From sequence record NC_009760.1: 64,000 bases of DNA, one strand, 5' to 3'. The notes beneath the pieces were generated by a model. That model did no database searches. It was given only the letters and a program-made list of their open reading frames with translations, and had not been told where the DNA came from. Shown piece by piece: positions 30,615 to 40,511 of the stretch (within the stretch, counting starts at the first letter, position 1; every line of letters starts with the position of its first letter). The position numbers were made by a program, and so were the translations under genes.

Positions 30615-31834
30615 TGGTAAAACGAGTAAGGCTTACATGGAATAGAAACTTAGACCCGGAAACGGATCACTATCGTATATTCCGAAAAGAAACGCCTGAC
30701 ATACTAGAACAGAATCGTATGGAATCTTTAGTCATGCGTGTCGCTCATCCAAAAGCGAAGAACCCCGTTCGCATGACCGGTGAGAGAGTCAAACGATTAT
30801 CTCCACGAACGTACCAGCTTGCGCATAAGAATATCTTACTGGCTTTAGACAAAGAGAAGTTCCCCTTTGAATTGCAAGTCGATGGTAAGATTTCTACACG
30901 CTATACACTGGATACGATTGACGGGAAGATTATGTTCGACGAAGATGTTGCGCCGGAATCAAAAGTCATTGCGACTGAATATACATTCGACGGCGTAGAA
31001 GCATGGGACTATGCTATCGAAGAAAAGAACAAAACGTATTATGGGCCGGACGCAAAAGATACTGCACCACCTAGCCCACCTACGAACCTTGAGCTTGTAA
31101 AAGATTTAGACAACAATAAGCTAACGATTAACTGGTCACCCTCTGTCACAAACGGCAAGACATTTTACTATCGTATAGATGCTGCGGCTAGTTCGAAGCG
31201 TGCTTCTATGCTAAGTGAAATGAAAGCAGCGAAGATTGCAGAAGGATTAACAGACCGACCATATATCGTTGAGCGTTCTGAGGATGGCGTACGCTGGCTG
31301 AAAGTAGCGAAGGTGAAGACAACATCATACAATGAATACATGGTTGATAGACAGGCTCCTGACATGGTTCGTAACTTCAAGAGTTCTGCATATCTACATG
31401 CGAACCAAAGTCTAGCGCAAGTGACACTAAACTGGGAGCGTGTAAGAGATACGGTATTATCTACGACAGCATTATACCGAGTGCGTGCGATGAATAAAAT
31501 GCAAGCTATCTCTGAACCAAGTAATATCATTGGCCCTGTTCCGTTCCAAGTGAAGCTAAAAGAAATTGTTATCCGTCGTAAAGTATTTGATGGTACACTT
31601 CCAACATTCGACGGAGCAGATGCCGTAACCGTTGCGAAGATTGGTGACCTAAGTGTTACGCAGTATGTAGAAGATGTAACCGACAATATCAAATATACAT
31701 ATGGTATTTGGACAGTCGATGCAGGTGAGAACGTATCACCAACAGCCTACACGACAATTGAAATCGGCGATGCAACTCCACCAGCGTTCCCAATGAATCT
31801 GACAGTTGAGCCATTCCAACTAATAGTAGGCTAA
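30614..31834 (+). CDS. FN3-like structural protein, paralog 2 of 2
   Basis: PPSPPTNL...INWSP, YRVRAMNK...SEPS, VERSEDGVRW, YTYGIWTVDAGENVS. Confidence 0.65.
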   Translation: MVKRVRLTWNRNLDPETDHYRIFRKETPDILEQNRMESLVMRVAHPKAKNPVRMTGERVKRLSPRTYQLAHKNILLALDKEKFPFELQVDGKISTRYTLDTIDGKIMFDEDVAPESKVIATEYTFDGVEAWDYAIEEKNKTYYGPDAKDTAPPSPPTNLELVKDLDNNKLTINWSPSVTNGKTFYYRIDAAASSKRASMLSEMKAAKIAEGLTDRPYIVERSEDGVRWLKVAKVKTTSYNEYMVDRQAPDMVRNFKSSAYLHANQSLAQVTLNWERVRDTVLSTTALYRVRAMNKMQAISEPSNIIGPVPFQVKLKEIVIRRKVFDGTLPTFDGADAVTVAKIGDLSVTQYVEDVTDNIKYTYGIWTVDAGENVSPTAYTTIEIGDATPPAFPMNLTVEPFQLIVG

Positions 31835-31836
31835 TG

Positions 31837-31842
31837 TATAAT
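31837..31842 (+). promoter_or_regulatory. -10 box (TATAAT) in an intergenic gap
   Basis: TATAAT with only a weak TTCCAA 17 bp upstream. Confidence 0.4.
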
Positions 31843-31848
31843 ACAAAG

Positions 31849-31878
31849 TAGGGGCGATAACCTCGCCCTATTTTTCTT
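31849..31878 (+). terminator. Intrinsic terminator
   Basis: GGGCGA-TAACC-TCGCCC stem followed by TATTTTTCTT. Confidence 0.72.
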
Positions 31879-31896
31879 ATAAAGAGGTGAAGCTTT

Positions 31897-33672
31897 ATGC
31901 CATCAGATGGACGTTACGTTCGTTTTGACCCAAAGCAAGATGATGCCAATCAAGTTATCTCTGCCGATCACGTTAACCTGTTGCAAGATACATCGGAACG
32001 TACTCAGCAGGGACTTTTTAAAGCACAAGACCGTGACTTCCTTGATAAAGCGTTATTCGTTTTAGAACATCATAGTTCAGTCAACGGTATGTGGCTCGAC
32101 ATGTTTGAGGATACGAACAAGATAGATTTACCTCGTACTAGTAACTTAGTATTCTCTCAAGTGGAGCAGGGCATTATCTTCCCTGACAATAAAGAAGTAT
32201 CAGAAGGCTATCTATACTCGAAGCCTTATGTGAATGAAAACCAAACCAACATGAAGAAGGTTATGGTGATTGCGAATGGATGGGTTCCGAACTTATCCAG
32301 CATTACAATCGAAGTGAGTAACAATAACGTAGATTGGTTCGAAGTTCCTTTATCTGAAAGTGAACTATTTGAGATTCCAACGAACGGTCACAAGCTGTAT
32401 CTCCGTGCAAGATTCTTGCGTGCGAATACGCAAGTGTCACCTCGACTAGATGCGTGGGCTATCTATTACTATGACTACCGCAATGATGTAATCGAGCTAG
32501 AGAATGGTGACGATATTATTATCGTTGACCCAACAGACCCGCCTGAGATTCCTGATGTCATTAAAATCATGCATCATCAGTTAATGGGTATTGGCCCTGA
32601 CGATCATCATCCGCAGGAACATAGTCATGATGGTTCAGATGGTTCCGGTACAATCTCGCATAACGTATTAACCGAAGTCGGCCCCGACGATCACCATCCG
32701 AAATCTCACTATCATGGTGAAGATGGTATCCCGTACGTTCGACTAGAATCAGATGTGGTTGGTACACTGCCGGTAGAGAATATGTCCTACCAAGTATGGA
32801 CAGGGAAGCCGGGCAAGACAGGATTGTACTTTGACCCGAAAATCGGTGACAAGTTAGTCTATGTCAAAACACCTGACGATGAAACGTATATGTTCTACGA
32901 CCTAGTGAATGACCGCTTATCACATACGATTACTATCGTACAAGGCGTAGCGAACTGGGAACAAATGATTTACGGAGAATACAATACGAGTACAGGTGAA
33001 ACAACAATCGTACTGCAAGGTACAAACAAGAAACACTTTGATGCAACGGACTCTGTTATCCGTCAAGAGATACAGAAGATTACAGCGCCGGAAGCACCAA
33101 AAGGTTTACGAGCAACAGACACAGGCACAGGTGGCACGGTAGACTTAACATGGTCACCAAACACAGAACTCGATGTAGTCGGATACAATGTATTCCGTTC
33201 ATACGACAAAGGTATCACTTGGATTCAAATGAACACGACTGGTGTCATTGCTTCTTCATCGTTCACCGTAACGAATGCAAAAGACGGTCAATCCGTTTTA
33301 TATTCTGTTACGGCATTAGATGAGATGGGCTTTGAATCACCACGCTCACAAGCAGTGGAGTGTACATCGACAACAAGAGATACAATTGCACCGAGCCAAG
33401 TTACAGGTGTTGCGATTAAGCCAAACTCAAAAGGTATTCTTGTTCTATCATGGACAGAGAATACAGACATGGACTTAAAGAACTACAAGGTGTACCGTTC
33501 TTATAGCGGAGCAGTTGGTACATTCGAAGTGTTGAACTCACCTGTTAAGGGTACAAGTTCTTACACACCAGCAGATTTAATTCCAAGCAATACATATTTC
33601 TTCTACGTAACAGCCGTAGATACAAGCGGAAACGAAAGCATCCCGTCTAACGTCGTTTCAGCAATCGCATAG
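31897..33672 (+). CDS. Tail fibre-like protein with His-rich repeats and two C-terminal FN3 domains
   Basis: ISADHVNLLQ fibre start; GPDDHHP twice; APEAPKGL...LTWSP...GYNVFRS and APSQVTGV...LSW...YKVYRS FN3 units. Confidence 0.72.
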   Translation: MPSDGRYVRFDPKQDDANQVISADHVNLLQDTSERTQQGLFKAQDRDFLDKALFVLEHHSSVNGMWLDMFEDTNKIDLPRTSNLVFSQVEQGIIFPDNKEVSEGYLYSKPYVNENQTNMKKVMVIANGWVPNLSSITIEVSNNNVDWFEVPLSESELFEIPTNGHKLYLRARFLRANTQVSPRLDAWAIYYYDYRNDVIELENGDDIIIVDPTDPPEIPDVIKIMHHQLMGIGPDDHHPQEHSHDGSDGSGTISHNVLTEVGPDDHHPKSHYHGEDGIPYVRLESDVVGTLPVENMSYQVWTGKPGKTGLYFDPKIGDKLVYVKTPDDETYMFYDLVNDRLSHTITIVQGVANWEQMIYGEYNTSTGETTIVLQGTNKKHFDATDSVIRQEIQKITAPEAPKGLRATDTGTGGTVDLTWSPNTELDVVGYNVFRSYDKGITWIQMNTTGVIASSSFTVTNAKDGQSVLYSVTALDEMGFESPRSQAVECTSTTRDTIAPSQVTGVAIKPNSKGILVLSWTENTDMDLKNYKVYRSYSGAVGTFEVLNSPVKGTSSYTPADLIPSNTYFFYVTAVDTSGNESIPSNVVSAIA

Positions 33673-33685
33673 GTGGTGAGAGAGT

Positions 33686-35767
33686 ATGGTGCAAATTAAA
33701 CAGAATGCTGATGGTAGTTTCTCCAAAGGGTATAGTAACTTTGAGACAACGATCATCAAGAGCCTTCAAAAAGAAATTACGCAACGACAAGAAGCTGACC
33801 TTTCCCTTCAAGGAATTACGAATGGTTTGAATGAACGCCTGAAAGAACTTGAAGCAGGAAGCTTTAGTTTAGCTGACCTGCAACAACTTATCACGCAGAA
33901 CAAACTTACCATCGAAGACCATGAAAGACGTATGGTGAAGCTAGAGAACATCTCTCTTATCGAGTCTTATAGTAAGAGCGAGATGAAGAAGTACATGGTT
34001 CCGTGGCGAGTAGAAGTCATTCCGCACGCCTTTGACATTCCAACAAACAAAATGTTTGATACAGCTTCACTGGATGTAAAGCGTAGCGGGATTATACATT
34101 ATCCGAACGGTGACATCAATGAACCAAACGATATGCACGTTCCGGAAAACTCTATGATGCGTTTTACCATTTGGGCATATGCATCATCACCACGTAAAGC
34201 TGTACTGAACATTAACTACGCTGACCGTTGCGTTGTCATTGCTGATGAAGTAGTAGTCGCTACGTTCACAGATAGAGGCGGTAACTTCGGTCAAGTACCA
34301 AAAGGTGTGCAAGTTCCAATGAAGCAAGGATGGACTCGTATCCAGCTTCTTATTGCGAACGAAACACAGTCCGGTGGGTTAGTGGTGAAATCAGACCTGT
34401 ATGATAAGGCGGATTACTTAACGAGCCTTGATTACTTCGACGGTATGATTACGAACAAACATATCAAGCCGGGTTCGATTACAGGAGAGAACTTATCACC
34501 GAACATGGATTTAGTTGTACATACGATTCATGCAACGGCGACAGATGTTCCGGGTGTTATCATTGGTAACCCTGAGGAACAAGGTATCCTGCAAATCGCT
34601 GATGGTACAATCTCAAAATCCAAAGACGAGCCGTTTATCTTTAGTCATGGTATCCGTGTAAACGGAGCGATCCACGTTACGCAGTTACTTATTGACGAAG
34701 ACTTTATCCGTGCCGGCGATGGTATGATTGTCAAAACACTAAAGGATGAATACGGATATACAAAGATGTATGAAATCATCAATGACCTTCGTATGCATAC
34801 TGGTGGTGGTGTATCAGTCGATGGTAACGGGCAAGACGGTTACATCGTAACAAATACGATGAAGCTGAACGTTGACCCTGAGGGTGGTCTTGCAATCAGT
34901 GGTAATGCAGTAGATGGTTACTGGTTATCAAATGATATGCAGCTACATTCTGACGGCGGTATTTGGGTAGAAGGAAATGCCCGCAAAGGATACCGCATTA
35001 AGAATAACATGGGGTTACGTTCTAACGTAGACTTCCTTCGTATTTTCGGAACAGCGTGGGAAGGATATAGCATTTCACTGGATGAGGATGCATTCTACAA
35101 TCGTATCAAAGAAATCATCAAGAAAGAATCGCACGTAAAGGATATCATTTCTGACATTGACTTTATTAAGATTACTGACAATGGTGACGGTGTACATCGA
35201 CTTGCAATCCCTGATTACAATAAGATGATTCCGTGGATTCAGAAAGGACAGTCCGGAATGCTACATGCATCTCCAATGCCGAACTCTATCGGGCCGGGTA
35301 TGAGATTCAATGCAGGTAACCCAATGTTCGCACAGTCTCAAGATACGAACTACTCTGTACTTGGTTTTTGGGGCGGTGAAGTTCCAGCAAACACGGCTGA
35401 TGTCATCTGCATTAGTTCACAAGGTGGTTGGACAAATTCATGGTCAGCAGTAGACTTGAAGTTCGTTATCTCGATTGAAGACCCCGGCGTATCTGGTGGC
35501 GTATGGCGTAAAGAGTTCTATCGCACCATTACGAATCAGTTAGACGGCGGAGATTCACAATGGAACAATAACGAAATGATTCATGTCATTCCGATTCCAG
35601 TTCGCGACTATTGGAGACACTGGGACTGCACATTCTATATGCGTAAGTCTAGCGGAAGCGGTTGGGTAAATGCTCGTAGCCGTGAAGCATGGACGGATCA
35701 CTCTACTCATGCTGGTAGCGTGCATACAGCAGCAATGCGTACGCAAGAAAGCTATGGAGGTCGATAA
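33686..35767 (+). CDS. Tail fibre protein (coiled coil, beta-repeat shaft, C-terminal head)
   Basis: N-terminal heptads; about 6 repeats of GGxxVxGNxxxGYxIxN; distinct globular C-terminus. Confidence 0.7.
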   Translation: MVQIKQNADGSFSKGYSNFETTIIKSLQKEITQRQEADLSLQGITNGLNERLKELEAGSFSLADLQQLITQNKLTIEDHERRMVKLENISLIESYSKSEMKKYMVPWRVEVIPHAFDIPTNKMFDTASLDVKRSGIIHYPNGDINEPNDMHVPENSMMRFTIWAYASSPRKAVLNINYADRCVVIADEVVVATFTDRGGNFGQVPKGVQVPMKQGWTRIQLLIANETQSGGLVVKSDLYDKADYLTSLDYFDGMITNKHIKPGSITGENLSPNMDLVVHTIHATATDVPGVIIGNPEEQGILQIADGTISKSKDEPFIFSHGIRVNGAIHVTQLLIDEDFIRAGDGMIVKTLKDEYGYTKMYEIINDLRMHTGGGVSVDGNGQDGYIVTNTMKLNVDPEGGLAISGNAVDGYWLSNDMQLHSDGGIWVEGNARKGYRIKNNMGLRSNVDFLRIFGTAWEGYSISLDEDAFYNRIKEIIKKESHVKDIISDIDFIKITDNGDGVHRLAIPDYNKMIPWIQKGQSGMLHASPMPNSIGPGMRFNAGNPMFAQSQDTNYSVLGFWGGEVPANTADVICISSQGGWTNSWSAVDLKFVISIEDPGVSGGVWRKEFYRTITNQLDGGDSQWNNNEMIHVIPIPVRDYWRHWDCTFYMRKSSGSGWVNARSREAWTDHSTHAGSVHTAAMRTQESYGGR

Positions 35768-35768
35768 T

Positions 35769-36251
35769 ATGGAGAAGGAATTTATAGACGTAGGCGTGCT
35801 TACCTTAAAGGGTAAGCGCCTCTGCGGTTTTACAACCAAGATGGTAGAAAAGAAAGAAAAGCGTTACTTATTAGATACGCATGATGGCATGTTTACTCAT
35901 ACACACGTTGACATGAATATTATTAATCTATTAAGTCAGCGCATGAATATGTACTGTTACTATGAAGATGGAAAGATCAAGAACCAAACGAAATTGTATG
36001 GCTCTATCGACAAGAAAGAAGTTGTCGCAGAAGGTGATGACTACCTGACTTACACACTGGAAACAGATGAACAGACAGATGTGTTCATTACGTTCGTTGT
36101 TGGCAACAAAGCACAAACATCTCATGCTACCTACCATCCAGTGGACGGCGTAGTCACAGTTGAGATTGACCCTAAAGCCATTGGGGAGATTCGCATTTGC
36201 ACCATCTCGGATACAGCATATTCGGAGGATGTTACAGCAAAAGTGATATAG
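35769..36251 (+). CDS. Hypothetical protein, possible fibre chaperone
   Basis: ATG 35769 after GGAGG; directly downstream of the fibre gene. Confidence 0.5.
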   Translation: MEKEFIDVGVLTLKGKRLCGFTTKMVEKKEKRYLLDTHDGMFTHTHVDMNIINLLSQRMNMYCYYEDGKIKNQTKLYGSIDKKEVVAEGDDYLTYTLETDEQTDVFITFVVGNKAQTSHATYHPVDGVVTVEIDPKAIGEIRICTISDTAYSEDVTAKVI

Positions 36252-36261
36252 GAGTGATACG

Positions 36262-36423
36262 ATGAAATTCACAGAGAAGAATGGACGTATCGTAATTGAG
36301 CCGGAAACTATCGACGCAGAATCTATTGAGTTAGAAGAACTTCGTCGTGACAAGGATGCTCAAAAAGAAACAGAACGTAAACTTGCTATTGTATTAGATA
36401 AGTTAGGACTTACAGATGTGTAG
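36262..36423 (+). CDS. 53-aa hypothetical protein missing from the ORF track
   Basis: RBS AGGAG; MKFTEKNGRIVIEPETIDAESIELEELRRDKDAQKETERKLAIVLDKLGLTDV; fills the gap exactly. Confidence 0.7.
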   Translation: MKFTEKNGRIVIEPETIDAESIELEELRRDKDAQKETERKLAIVLDKLGLTDV

Positions 36424-36428
36424 GAGAC

Positions 36429-36437
36429 TGTTATAAT
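36429..36437 (+). promoter_or_regulatory. Extended -10 promoter (TGtTATAAT) inside an inverted repeat
   Basis: ACTGT-TATAATG-ACAGT; CTTACA 17 bp upstream. Confidence 0.55.
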
Positions 36438-36457
36438 GACAGTAGTGAGGTGACGAG

Positions 36458-38725
36458 ATGAATAATATAAAACAATCTACGGCGAGTATGGATGACACTC
36501 GCCGTAATATGATATACAAACTCTTAGAAGAACGGTACAAATACAAGGAAGTACCGAAGTATTACATTGAGCAGGAAGTAGACTTCTTCTTAGAACAGCT
36601 CAAGGACGGTAAAGCAATTTTAACAACACGACCACAATCAGAACTGACAAACGCCGAAGACATTAATCTTGAAATGTTGGAGTCGGAGATTGATATACAT
36701 ACAATCTATGCGCAGTTAGAACATGTTGAGAGTCAAATGAATCAACACCAAACATTAAACAGTTCTATCATTAATGATATACAGGCTCGTGTTTATAAAG
36801 CAGATGAACGCATGGCTGAAATCTCATGGCAATTGCGTGAAGATGCGGTACACGTTGCTTACTATGATACGTTCCTTGATATGGGTAACATGGAGAAGGA
36901 CGGTAAGTTTTATACAGACCGTGATGGTGTGCAGGTTGCACCGGGTTGGTATTCTACACTAGACACGAACCATAATGCAATTAAGCTACCAATGATCTAC
37001 ACGGAGAATCAGCTTATGAGTTTTTCCGGTGTGAAGTTAGCAGAAGTGAAAATCAATAAGCAACTTGGCGGAGGATTCATTCGTAGACGTAACCCGGAAC
37101 ACACGCCTGATAAAATGATTGACGACAGTATGAATACCTATTGGAGTGAATCGGTGTACATGGATGAACCGTTCAGAGTCAATATGGGCATTGACAATTA
37201 TGACATCAATTTCGGAGCGATGTGTGAATTAGAAATCGTATTCGATTATGTATCCAATGTAAATGAGATTACCTTCACGCCGTTCACTGAGTTCCCGATG
37301 CAAGTCGTGGCAATACTGGCTTACACAACAGATAATCCTGATGAGGAGCCGTATGAACTAATCAGTCCAACGAACGTGAAGAAGGGAAAAGAAAGTGCAG
37401 ATGTGATGAGCTTCCAGTTCCAAAACATCGTAGCCAAACGAATGAAAATTATCCTGAACCAACAGCACTATACAAAACGTGATGTACTGATTGATGTGGA
37501 TGATAAGACGTTAGTCGATGCGTGGCTAGATGTACAAGAGAAGCCGAAGATTGCACCTGACACAATCTTTAAACCTGTTTACCATGACCAGCTAGAGATG
37601 AACCCGCAGTGGGAATACATGAAGCGTTACTTGTCACACAAAGATATTGCAGAGGAGATTCAGAAATATGAAGATGCTGATGCAAAGAATAAGATGCAAG
37701 TTTCGAAGTATGAATACCAGTACGGATTATACAATGTGGCAATTCGTAAAAACAATTATTATCATACCGGTATTAACGTCACAAAACCTTTGGCTCATGC
37801 AAACGTTAGATACGTATCGCTCGAAGCAAAAGAAGAACACCCAATCCTAGAAGAGATTGAGATTCCTGTTACGGGTGTTGAATACTATATCACCGATACA
37901 GAGAATCCAACGAAGGACGACTGGATTCCTATCTTGCCGAAGAATATCAGACGCATAGGATCAGAGCGACTTATCGTTGAGTTCAAGAAAGAGAAGTACC
38001 AAGCGATGACGTTGTTCCCGTCTAAACATACGTATGCAGTACGTAAGAACGGCGGAGACTTATTACCGATTACAGATTACACGGTAAGTGGTCGTAACGT
38101 TGTGATTAAAGAGTATGACCCAACGGCAATGTACACAATTGATTACGAGCCGGATGCGTCTGCTTATGAAGTAGACTTCCTAAAACGATATACGAAAACA
38201 GAACTGATTCCATCTGAGAAGAAAATCATTTCGTACATCGACCCTCGTAAGAACATTGAGACATTCAAAGAGTTCGAGAATGGTAATGTCGTAACATTAA
38301 AGTATCATCCATTCATCGACAAGGATAAACTGAACGTTCAGCCGATAGATTGGAATCCAAGTATGTTGTCTAGTAAGTACCTACCGGTTGTCGTACGTGT
38401 TACACTGCCGAATGGTAAACTTGTTCAGCAACGTACAGACAAGTGGGATAAGACAGACATCTACCTTGTGAACCGCACAGACTACTTTGATACAAACAAG
38501 AGTCTGCTGGAACCATTCACAGGCAAGAACTATCAGTACCGTGTAGAAGATAACAAGATTAAATTTAATACAGTCCTACCAAAAGGAACAAAGGTTACAG
38601 TAGAGTATCCGTATTTAACTGGCCCTATTCGTTTGAAGACGATTCTAAGACGTAACCTTCCTGATGCAGAAGGATTAACACCGTTCTTGCATGAGTATAA
38701 AATCGGACTACAAACATTACGATAG
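36458..38725 (+). CDS. Baseplate/tail structural protein (coiled coil plus beta-sandwich), paralog family
   Basis: Heptads, YYDTFLD, discoidin-like KMIDDSMNTYW segment, terminal TPFLHEYKI. Confidence 0.6.
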   Translation: MNNIKQSTASMDDTRRNMIYKLLEERYKYKEVPKYYIEQEVDFFLEQLKDGKAILTTRPQSELTNAEDINLEMLESEIDIHTIYAQLEHVESQMNQHQTLNSSIINDIQARVYKADERMAEISWQLREDAVHVAYYDTFLDMGNMEKDGKFYTDRDGVQVAPGWYSTLDTNHNAIKLPMIYTENQLMSFSGVKLAEVKINKQLGGGFIRRRNPEHTPDKMIDDSMNTYWSESVYMDEPFRVNMGIDNYDINFGAMCELEIVFDYVSNVNEITFTPFTEFPMQVVAILAYTTDNPDEEPYELISPTNVKKGKESADVMSFQFQNIVAKRMKIILNQQHYTKRDVLIDVDDKTLVDAWLDVQEKPKIAPDTIFKPVYHDQLEMNPQWEYMKRYLSHKDIAEEIQKYEDADAKNKMQVSKYEYQYGLYNVAIRKNNYYHTGINVTKPLAHANVRYVSLEAKEEHPILEEIEIPVTGVEYYITDTENPTKDDWIPILPKNIRRIGSERLIVEFKKEKYQAMTLFPSKHTYAVRKNGGDLLPITDYTVSGRNVVIKEYDPTAMYTIDYEPDASAYEVDFLKRYTKTELIPSEKKIISYIDPRKNIETFKEFENGNVVTLKYHPFIDKDKLNVQPIDWNPSMLSSKYLPVVVRVTLPNGKLVQQRTDKWDKTDIYLVNRTDYFDTNKSLLEPFTGKNYQYRVEDNKIKFNTVLPKGTKVTVEYPYLTGPIRLKTILRRNLPDAEGLTPFLHEYKIGLQTLR

Positions 38726-38735
38726 GAGGCACAGC

Positions 38736-40511
38736 ATGAATACTGATTTATTAATTAAGAAACGTATGGAACTGACGAAAGATCGTATGCTGCAAATCCT
38801 AAAGGACTTACGTAACCAGTATCAGCGGGGGCAAATTCAGTCACCCGCTGAACTACAGCATAAGGTATATCGTGAGTTGCAAAAGTTCTATGACACGATT
38901 GGAAAGTCCACTCTTGAAATTATCGAAGCATGGGGGCCTCCGTATAGTGAAGACCACAATGCCATGATGGAACAGATACTTAATGACTTCGTTATGTTGT
39001 ACGGCGAGATTACGATGTTAACGGACGATGTAAAAGCTGGCTTTGACCAAACAGAGGTAGAGCGCAAAAGCTTTGAGAAGCAAATGCAGGAGATTGAATC
39101 GAACATTAATAACCTGATGCCCGCAGCGAAAGACGTATCCGACATCATGGTATTCCGTGAGGACTTTACCACAACGGATAAGTTCGACAAGGATGCAGTA
39201 GATGGAACGGTTGCGACGATTATGACAGACGGTGGTATTTTAACACTCGGTCATATGATGGCAGAACACTTTAATGAGTATGCCTACATTCGACTGAAAA
39301 GCGGTAACGGATTCCCCGGTAACAGTCGCATCATTCGTTCTACAGGGCAAGGGTTAAAGTATGACGGTGAAGGCAACCTGCATTTAACACTGTCTCATGT
39401 TCTCGACCAAAATGCTGATACATGGTTTGAATACGAGAACTTCCAATTAACAAGGCAAGCCGATGACAAAACAAAGCGTATGAACTTTACATACAAAGAA
39501 GGAATGAAGTGGGCGCAGGATGAGTACATCAAAATGGATCCGCTTGAACTTGTAGTAGAAATCTCATTCCCGAAAGAGCGTAAGCTAAACTGGTTTACGA
39601 TAGACCCGTACATTCCGCCGGAGCGTGGGTCAGTTGGAGCAAAGATAAGTAAGATAGTAGTGGATGATGGTAAGGGTCACATACAGGCAATTACATATGA
39701 AGAAATGATGGAGAAGAAGAAGGGGTATCTATTTGAAACGCAGAATGTGTCCACCATTACCATGTATCTTCGTCAAGACACGCATTATATGACGAACATA
39801 GGTCACGTATTCTATCTTGACTCCAACAAAGATATATTGAAAGCACTAGAGGATTTATCAGAATGGGCTGGCGCTCGTGTATATGGAAAGGAAGTACCGT
39901 CGGTCACGAACCTCGGCGTAAGATTCCATAGTAATACAAATACAATTGAGTATCCGGGCTTGAAGTACGGAGAAGAGATTCCAAACGATGCAGAGCGCAA
40001 ACGTGCGTTATACACAATTCCGAAAGTAGATAGTACAATGCTTGTCGGATTAGAATCGGTAACAGCGAAGCGATGGATGATTGGACTTCGTGATGCATCT
40101 ATGTCTTGCTATCAGTTCGCTGACGTAAGCCAATACATATCCAAGCCGTTCTACTCGGATGCACCGATTGAAGAGTTACAGCTTGATGCTAACTACAGTT
40201 TCCCTACATCGTTTGCGGAAGGGGATTACGTAGAGTTTCATATTAGTATCGACGACGGTCAGAACTGGCATCGCATTCATCGTAAGAATGAACACATCAA
40301 AGATACGAAGATTAAATATCTCATTAACTCTGATGTGCCGGAGGAAGCACGACTACCTGACGTTGGCTATTTAGAAAGCCTTCATGAAGTCCATGAAGTA
40401 CGAGTGAAGATAAAACTCACACGCCCGAATACGAAGTATGATTACAACTTCTATTCACCGATGGTATTTGATTATGAGTTGTATGCGAAAGTAACAGAGG
40501 GGGCGATCTAA
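38736..40511 (+). CDS. Baseplate/tail structural protein, paralog family
   Basis: ATG 38736 after AGGAGG; FREDF, VLDQNADTWF, ISIDDGQNW, terminal SPMVFDYEL. Confidence 0.6.
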   Translation: MNTDLLIKKRMELTKDRMLQILKDLRNQYQRGQIQSPAELQHKVYRELQKFYDTIGKSTLEIIEAWGPPYSEDHNAMMEQILNDFVMLYGEITMLTDDVKAGFDQTEVERKSFEKQMQEIESNINNLMPAAKDVSDIMVFREDFTTTDKFDKDAVDGTVATIMTDGGILTLGHMMAEHFNEYAYIRLKSGNGFPGNSRIIRSTGQGLKYDGEGNLHLTLSHVLDQNADTWFEYENFQLTRQADDKTKRMNFTYKEGMKWAQDEYIKMDPLELVVEISFPKERKLNWFTIDPYIPPERGSVGAKISKIVVDDGKGHIQAITYEEMMEKKKGYLFETQNVSTITMYLRQDTHYMTNIGHVFYLDSNKDILKALEDLSEWAGARVYGKEVPSVTNLGVRFHSNTNTIEYPGLKYGEEIPNDAERKRALYTIPKVDSTMLVGLESVTAKRWMIGLRDASMSCYQFADVSQYISKPFYSDAPIEELQLDANYSFPTSFAEGDYVEFHISIDDGQNWHRIHRKNEHIKDTKIKYLINSDVPEEARLPDVGYLESLHEVHEVRVKIKLTRPNTKYDYNFYSPMVFDYELYAKVTEGAI

